A DNA stretch of 63,870 bases, filler included, from Chrysochromulina tobinii (Eukaryota), in assembly GCA_001275005.1 (NCBI GenBank). It is 8 parts of 8 records of this genome, joined end to end, with 100 filler letters (N's around TTAATTAATTAA, not from the genome) between each part and the next. Parts side by side here need not be neighbours in the genome. Positions count along the whole stretch, not along the records: positions 56,504 to 62,344 come from JWZX01000944.1; positions 62,445 to 63,870 come from JWZX01000956.1; 6 more parts are not named here. One strand, written 5' to 3'. The translations under genes and the position numbers were made by a program. The notes beneath the pieces are model-generated. The model ran no database searches and was not told the DNA's origin. It worked only from the letters and a program-made list of their open reading frames with translations. Positions 57,217 through 63,870 of the stretch are shown piece by piece (position 1 is the first letter of the stretch; each line of letters starts with the position of its first letter).

Positions 57217-58348
57217 GCTGAGTCACATGCGTTTTCAGCGAGCAAGCAAGCAGCGAACGAGCTATGCACCCACATCAATGATGATGAAGCTAAGATCAGG
57301 CGAAGGACTGCGCTGGATGAGGCCTCGCGATGGTCTCTGGGCTGGTAGAAAGAAGTGGGGCGTGAAGGCCGCCTCAAAGGTAAAGCCGTACCAAGGCTGT
57401 GGCTGACGGTGATGATGCAACGGGTGCTCCATGGCTGATCTTGGAAGGGAAGGGTGAGGTCAGGGAAGGGTGAGGCTCAGGGAAGGGCGAGGGCGAACGC
57501 CGGTCTATTCCCAGCTCTGTGTGAAACGGCTGTGAGCCGTTTCTCGGGGACTGAGAAGGCACCAACTCACAGTACTTGAAAAGGTCGTGCCTGATCTATT
57601 CCTTCGAACACTCGTTGATAAACTCGGGGAGGATTCTGTGTGTTCTAATGTGTGTTCCGGTACACGACTGTGACTAGCGATGTCGGAGAGTTCCATGGAG
57701 AGTTCTCAGGGGCGGAGTGAATTTCCCACATCTTTCAAATATCATACTACACACACCTCACACATCAGTGGGTCAAACGTGCATGACGCATTATGGAAAT
57801 ATGACATATGAGCAACCACCACATCGCTGTCTCGACTATGTGTAGACACGCGCGCGTGGCACACCGAAGCGCGCATCGAGGGGCGTGCACCGACCGCACT
57901 GTCTATGGCGCCTCTCGCACGGCCACACCACATCCCTCTTCACCCACACCACCTGCGCCTCATCTCGCTCGCCGCAAGTTTCGATTGAGATTTAGCACTG
58001 AGCAGGCAGGTTAGTCAGGCCTGGAGCTCAGCTGCGTGACGACATCGCTATCGGCCTAGCTGCGGAGAGCTGCGTCTCTGCCATGAGGAGGCGAGGCCTG
58101 ATCGTTTGAGTTGAGTTTGTTTCATCGCCGACGTTTTCGCCTCGTTTCTTGTCGACGTTTCGTTAGATAGTAGAGATGCGCACGCGTCCATAGATACGAG
58201 AGATGCTGTAACACCCTGCATCCCGTGTCAGCGCGGGCTCTGTGTCTCCGCCGTCGAGTATCGAGTTCCACAAGGGGCGTTTGGCGGGAGGCACGGACAG
58301 CGGCCCCCTCGCAATGGGTAGGTACCACTAGTCGCGCGCTTGCCTCTT

Positions 58349-58762
58349 AGCCCGCCGCAGGCGCGAAAATTTTGGCGATATTGACTGTTAATCACTACTT
58401 TTAGGCCCTGAAATTGATGCCACTCACACACTATTGACTGCGACGTACATGTATGTACCGACTACTACGATGACACACTAGCCCACAAGAACAAAAGCAA
58501 CTGTCTCGCTCCCTTATCCGCCCGCTCTCTCGACTGCATGGCCGGGATCCATAGCGAACTCGAGCCTGAAGTCAAGATATCTTTGACCGAAAGCTGGATT
58601 GTAGCTTCACACCACCCTGCGGAGCACACGAGAGCCAGCAACGAGCACAAGCTGAGTCATCATCTGCGTGGAGTCAGTCGAGGCTCACAAGGCGGGCATT
58701 ACACTGTTTGCAGCTGATTGCTGGTCGACTGCTGCTCATCACTGTGCTTGGCCCACTGCTTC
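58349..58762. repeat. Copy A of a ~430-bp dispersed repeat
   Basis: Aligns collinearly with 61174-61631, from agcccgccgcaggcgcgaaaattttggcgata to gcttggcccactgctt. Confidence 0.9.
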
Positions 58763-59505
58763 CAGCGGCTGGTGGCCGCCGCCTTTGCTGCCTCTTCCTC
58801 TAGCGATTCTTTCGCTTTTGCTGCAGCCTTTGCTGCGGCTGCTGCGGCGCGACCACCCTTCTCCTGCCAGTAGCCGGCAGGCAGGCCAGCCTTGCTGCGG
58901 TCACCGCCATGGCCACCCTTGCGGATGTATGTCCTCACCATTGAGACGGAGAGAGGGGCGGCAGCCAAGGTGCTGGGTCGCACCGGAAAAGCGAAGGTGT
59001 GCGCGAGGGGTTTCGTGAACAAAGTTGGAAAGGCCGTTTGTAGGCTTCGTTATGATAATTCTGAGCGGATTATTGCGGATCTGGGGCCTACGTTCCGAGA
59101 TCTGTCGATTGGTACCCTTGCATTATGTGCATTATTTGACTGCCTTTTAGACTGCCTTGCAGCTTGCTGCTGCCTAGTTCGCCTAATCAAGTTGCCGCCC
59201 ACGAGGGAACGCGCGCCCCCCCGCCGTCGGTCCGCGACTAGTGGTGCCGACCCATTGAATGCGACCCGACGGGCGAAAGTGCCGATGCGAGCGGGCGCGG
59301 CGCGCGTTCGCGCGCCGCCGGGCGGCCGCTCCCGGTAGATTGTCCCCGGGTAAAACTTTGGTCACTGCAGTACCAAACAGATCTTTCAACCTCTCTATCA
59401 TTCTGCTCTCCGTGAGCAAGGTGCGGCCGCAGGCCACTGCTCGAGGGTCGCTCACGCTCGCAGCACCCTGAAGCTTCGCGAACGCGCTCGTACGCACGTC
59501 TGCCT

Positions 59506-60819
59506 TCAGCACCACTCGCGCGGGTTCTTGAAGGCGTCCATGATGTCCGCCTCGGGCGATCCCTCCTGCACCTTATGGCAGTACTCCCAGCGCGCCGTCT
59601 CAGGCAGAGACATGAGGATCGACTCGATGCGCCCACCCGTCTTGAGGCCGAAGACGGTGCCACGGTCGTACACGAGGTTGAACTCGACGTACCGGCCGCG
59701 GCGCATCTGCTGCCACTCCTTCTGCTGCTCCGTGAACGCGTCATCCTTGTGCTTGGCCACCAGGGGCAGGTATGCCGGCACGACCGAGTCGAGGCACTCC
59801 TTGGAGAAGGCGAAGAGGGTCTCGGGCTCCTTCTCGTTGAGGTCGTCGAAGAAGATGCCGCCGAGGCCGCGCGTCTCGCCGCGGTGCTTGATCACAAAGT
59901 ACTCGTCCGCCCACTTTTTGAAGCGCGCATAATACGTGGGATCATGCTTGTCGCACACCTTCTTGTAGGTGCCGTGGAAGTGCTTCACGTCCTCTTCGAA
60001 AAGGTACGAGGGCGTCAGGTCGGTGCCACCGCCAAACCACCACACGCCGCCCTCGGTCTCGAAGTAGCGGTAGTTGAAGTGCATCGTCGGCGCATTCGGG
60101 TTCCGCGGGTGCATCACCGAGCTCAGGCCGCATGCGAAAAAGGGCACGCGCTCGCCCGGCGCGTAGCCCTTGGCGCGATCGGCGCCGCGCGAGGTGGCCG
60201 ACTGAAGGGCCTCCTGCGGCATCGAGCCGTAGACGACCGAGAGCGAGCAGCCGGCCTTCTCGAAGACGTTGCCGCCCGCAAGCACGCGCGAGATGCCGCC
60301 GCCGCCGCCCTCGCGCGTCCAGACATCCTCTTGGAACTTGCAGCCGTCGAGCTCCTCCACCGCCTTGCAGATGGCGTTCTGCGCCCTCCTGCAGTTGGCC
60401 TCGAAGCGGCGGCGCATGTCCATGTTCGCGCCGCTCAGGTCATCGTCGCGCACCAGCGTCTCGGGCGCCTCGCTCACATACTTATGCGAGTCCCAGGTGA
60501 TCGGTGCGGGCATCGATGGCGCCGGCTTCACTGGCGCCTCGGCCATGTGGATCGCGCCAGGACGCGCATTGGCAGCTGCAGCGTTGGCTCCTGCGAGGGT
60601 GCGCGAAGACGACCACCAGCGCTCAGCGGACGGTGCGACAGGACGCTCCTGCGCACGCAGATTATCCTTCGACGCTGATTGCGCACCGCTAGACAGCCCG
60701 ACGCCCAGCACGTAGGCGGCCGACTGCAGGTTGCACGCTGCGGTGCAGAAGAGGGAGCACAGCGAGCTGTCAGGCGTTGATGCCGATGCGTTGCTCTGGT
60801 GGGCGATGGCTCGGCGCAC
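59506..60819 (-). CDS. hemF: Oxygen-dependent coproporphyrinogen III oxidase with an N-terminal targeting extension
   Basis: [76 protein letters not shown] and [10 protein letters not shown]. True start uncertain. Confidence 0.97.
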   Translation of the reverse strand: MRRAIAHQSNASASTPDSSLCSLFCTAACNLQSAAYVLGVGLSSGAQSASKDNLRAQERPVAPSAERWWSSSRTLAGANAAAANARPGAIHMAEAPVKPAPSMPAPITWDSHKYVSEAPETLVRDDDLSGANMDMRRRFEANCRRAQNAICKAVEELDGCKFQEDVWTREGGGGGISRVLAGGNVFEKAGCSLSVVYGSMPQEALQSATSRGADRAKGYAPGERVPFFACGLSSVMHPRNPNAPTMHFNYRYFETEGGVWWFGGGTDLTPSYLFEEDVKHFHGTYKKVCDKHDPTYYARFKKWADEYFVIKHRGETRGLGGIFFDDLNEKEPETLFAFSKECLDSVVPAYLPLVAKHKDDAFTEQQKEWQQMRRGRYVEFNLVYDRGTVFGLKTGGRIESILMSLPETARWEYCHKVQEGSPEADIMDAFKNPREWC

Positions 60820-61173
60820 CGAGGAGGAAGACTGCAGTCATAATTGCACCTCGAGGTGACTGATGAGGTTTCGAAGCTCGTCTGTGCGGAATTTTCAATT
60901 GGAGCAACGTTCACGATCACGTTAGATTGCCATCTCGGCAAGACGCACGACCACCGGTCCCGTGGAGACACATCGTGGAGGGCGCAGAGTGCGGTGCACC
61001 CACCCACACAAACAAACAAGGCGCCACACACACACACATGGACACCGGATCGGACAAACACACGAAGAAGAGGCGGGGGTCCCGGGGTATCGACGGCCTC
61101 TTGGGAAGTGACGGGGGTGCTCTAAAGAGGGGGGGTAATCAAGTTGCCCCGCGCGCGTAGCGCGCGGGTTTTC

Positions 61174-61631
61174 AGCCCGCCGCAGGCGCGAAAATTTTGG
61201 CGATATTGACTGTAAATCACTACATGTAGGCGATATTGATGCCACTCACACCCCTGACTCACACACTATTGACTGCGACGTACATGTATGTACCGACTAC
61301 TACGATGACACGCTAGCCACAAATGACAAAAGCAACTGTCTAGCTCACTCATCCGCCCGCTCTCTCGACTGCATGGCCGGGATCCATAACGAGCCCCTGT
61401 AACGAGCTTATAACGAGCTTGAGCCTGAAGTCAAGATATAATCCTTGACTGAAAGCTGGATTGTAGCCTCACACCACCCTGCAGAGCACACGAGAGTCAG
61501 CAACGAGCACAAGCTGAGTCGTCATCTGCGTGTGGAGTCAGTCGAGGCTCACAAGGCGGGCATTACACTGTTTGCAGCTGATTGCTGGTCGACTGCTCGT
61601 GCTCATCACTGTGCTTGGCCCACTGCTTTCC
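61174..61631. repeat. Copy B of the ~430-bp dispersed repeat
   Basis: Direct-orientation match to 58349-58762 with small indels. Confidence 0.9.
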
Positions 61632-62118
61632 GCCATGAAGTTGTCTGCTGCCTCGCGCGCAGCCCTAGCTTTTTCGCACCGTTGGGCATGGGCCGCCGCT
61701 CGCGCCGCCTTAGCCTCTTGTTTGCGTTGGCGGGCTAGAAGGGCCGCCTGTTGGGCTGCCTCCACTCGTTTACGCCGCTCAATGGTACTATGGTAGGGCG
61801 CACGTTGTGAGGGCGTCAAGGAGGGCGTGCCATCGAGATTGAGGGGCTCTCGCCGGGAGAGGTCTCCAGAGACCAGCAACTGTGATGTCACGTGCCATGA
61901 AGCAGCCTTGACAGGGGCACGGTGCGTGCACCTGACACCAGCACCATTCCCAACCCCCCTTTTGCGCTCCATATTCGCGAGCGCGTTCTATTTGCGCCGG
62001 ACCGCCGGTCCGGGTAGAACGCGCTCACACGGCTACACATGAGTACAGGAGCGGAAATAGAAACTGCGCTGTGTATTCTGGAATTTGCTCTCTACGTACG
62101 TAAGCCCTAGGTATTACA

Positions 62119-62310
62119 CTCGGAAACTCGGAATCTGGGAATTTGCGAGTCCCTCTTGCTGCGACCCAAGTGCCAAGAGGGGTCCTCGGAAACTCGGAAT
62201 TCGGAAACTCGGAATCTGGAATTTGGGGGGATTTGGGAGTCCCTCTGCCTTGGATAGACCGAAGAGGGAACCTCGGAAACTCGGAAACTCGGAATCTGGA
62301 ATTTGGGGGT
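62119..62310. repeat. Clustered cggaaactcggaatctgg(g)aatttg repeats, possibly transposon subterminal repeats
   Basis: Three clusters at about 62120, 62187 and 62273. Confidence 0.6.
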
Positions 62311-62444
62311 GGTGCTCCTTAGGTGCTCCCTTGGGCTTGGACCCNNNNNNNNNNNNNNNNNNNNNNNNNNNNNNNNNNNNNNNNNNNNTTAATTAATTAA
62401 NNNNNNNNNNNNNNNNNNNNNNNNNNNNNNNNNNNNNNNNNNNN

Positions 62445-63460
62445 ACGACGTAGAGACGCTCCTGAGCACGTTGCTCGTCTGCCGGCGTGCGACCGCGCGC
62501 AGGTGCGCGGCGTCGAAGCGCTGCTCGCGCCGCGCGCCAGCGCTCGGCCGACGGCCGCACGTCCACAGGCAGCATGCTCTCGGCGGCGTCCATATCCTCT
62601 CGCAACAAGTGCAGCAGCGCTTCGCTGAAGCGTTGGGCGATGTTGGACGAGGGGCGCGCCCCAAAGCCGAGCCGCCGCTCGGAGACGAAGAAGAGACGCT
62701 CACCCGCCGAGCGCGGCGCGGTGATCTCGTCGGCGTGGATGAACACCACCCCGAATTTCCACCAGTCCTCTGATGCGATCGCGAGCTGGTTGAAATAGTC
62801 CTTCGCGTCGTCACCGAAGATGTAGAGGGGCTCTTCGAGGCGGCGGGCGGCGGCAAGCAGGATCGACAGGTCGCGCATGACCATCGACAGCGTGGGCTTG
62901 ATCTCTGGCGGCCGCCGAGAGGGCATGCCCCACTCGAGCGGGTCGGCAAGCTCGCGCTCCTGCATGTACTGGAGCCATGGCGGGTCGTGCCGGTGCTTGT
63001 ACCACGCAGGCATGTGGCGCACGCTCGCGGCCTCGTTGATCGACAGCGCGCGTAGACCGCTGCCATCAAGCGTAGGCCGCCTCGGCCCGCCGCATTCGGT
63101 GGTGCGCCGATAGCGGGTTTCTAATTTTCGCGCCGTCGCGCCCTGCCCGTTGAGGTAGATGGGCCAGAAGGGCAGGTGGTCGAAAAAGCGGTACCAGCCA
63201 AGCGTCTGCAGGCGATAGAGCTCGTTCCTGACCGAGGTGAAGCCTTTCGGCAACGAGATCAGATGAGGAACGAGGACAGCCTGGAGCTCGACGTCGGCTT
63301 CGAAGCGAATCCCCTCCAGCAGGTTCGCGAGGAGGTTCTGGTCGGGGTAGTTCGTAAGCCGCTTGCGCAAGAAGGGCAGGTTGAGGTGCGTCTCGATGGG
63401 CAGCGTGACGTCGAGGGGCTCGCTCGTCTACGACACGGCCAAGATCGCGAAGCACTACTC
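62445..63460 (-). mobile_element. Reverse transcriptase of a DIRS/tyrosine-recombinase-type retrotransposon (partial)
   Basis: RT motif A DDAKDYFNQL and motif B RLGFGARPSSNIAQRFS. Motif C YTDD is seen in the inverted copy. Confidence 0.75.
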
Positions 63461-63470
63461 GCTAGACGAC

Positions 63471-63870
63471 CACGCCGACGATATCACCGCGCCGCGCTCG
63501 GCGGGTGAGCGTCTCTTCTTCGTCTCCGAGCGGCGGCTCGGCTTTGGGGCGCGCCCCTCGTCCAACATCGCCCAACGCTTCAGCGAAGCGCTGCTACACT
63601 TGTTGCGAGAAGATATGGACGCCGCCGAGAGCATGCTGCCTGTGGACGTGCGGCCGTCGGCCGAGCGCTGGCGCACGGCGCGAGCAGCGCTTCGACGCCG
63701 CGCACCTGCGCACGGTCGCACGCCGGCAGACGAGCAACGTGCTCAGGAGCGTCTCTACGTCGTCCACATGTACACCGACGACACGACCCCATCATGGCCG
63801 TGGTCGGTGTAGATCGGGCCATTCGCCTGCTCCGCCTCTGGGCGCGCCTCACCGTCGAACTCGGCCTCAT
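63471..63870 (+). mobile_element. Second, inverted fragment of the same RT
   Basis: Near-identical to the reverse complement of 62445-62737 with several SNPs. Contains VHMYTDD. Confidence 0.75.

Noticed and set aside
59575..60678. Long antisense or alternative-frame ORFs (for example 59575-60678, 22997-24013, 38221-39564, 5846-7009)
   Set aside because: Shadow ORFs caused by high GC3 on the opposite strand of real genes.

Overview
This is eukaryotic, GC-rich genomic DNA, not prokaryotic. It consists of eight contigs joined by artificial N-TTAATTAATTAA-N linkers (11410-11509, 15930-16029, 20733-20832, 28060-28159, 35778-35877, 56404-56503, 62345-62444), so adjacency across linkers means nothing. 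Three features suggest a haptophyte alga, Chrysochromulina-like (inference): spliceosomal introns filled with (GATGRCCNCT)n repeats, NLRC3-type 'AIAEALKVN' LRRs, and plastid-type targeting extensions. Ordinary genes include Vps16, coproporphyrinogen III oxidase, an HI0607/SdhL-type shikimate dehydrogenase, a NIPA-type transporter, DUF2358, an ICMT/PEMT-family protein, a CinA-like protein and a SET-domain protein. Mobile or viral remnants include a DIRS-like reverse transcriptase, a chromodomain retroelement fragment, a YqaJ exonuclease pseudogene and several dispersed repeats. The most striking signal is an apparent intron-generating system: several introns begin with a 10-30 nt copy of the downstream exon start (supplying GT), followed by a shared short cassette ending in CAG, and some are stacked in tandem. 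Several unusual domain fusions also occur: filamin/SH3 plus a DIRS-type adenine methyltransferase domain; LRR-phosphagen pseudokinase-SPRY-LRR-WD40; EF-hand-HET/TIR-like-LRR; and Skp1-SAP-F-box-LRR. All domain calls come from motif recognition by eye and need HMM or structure confirmation.
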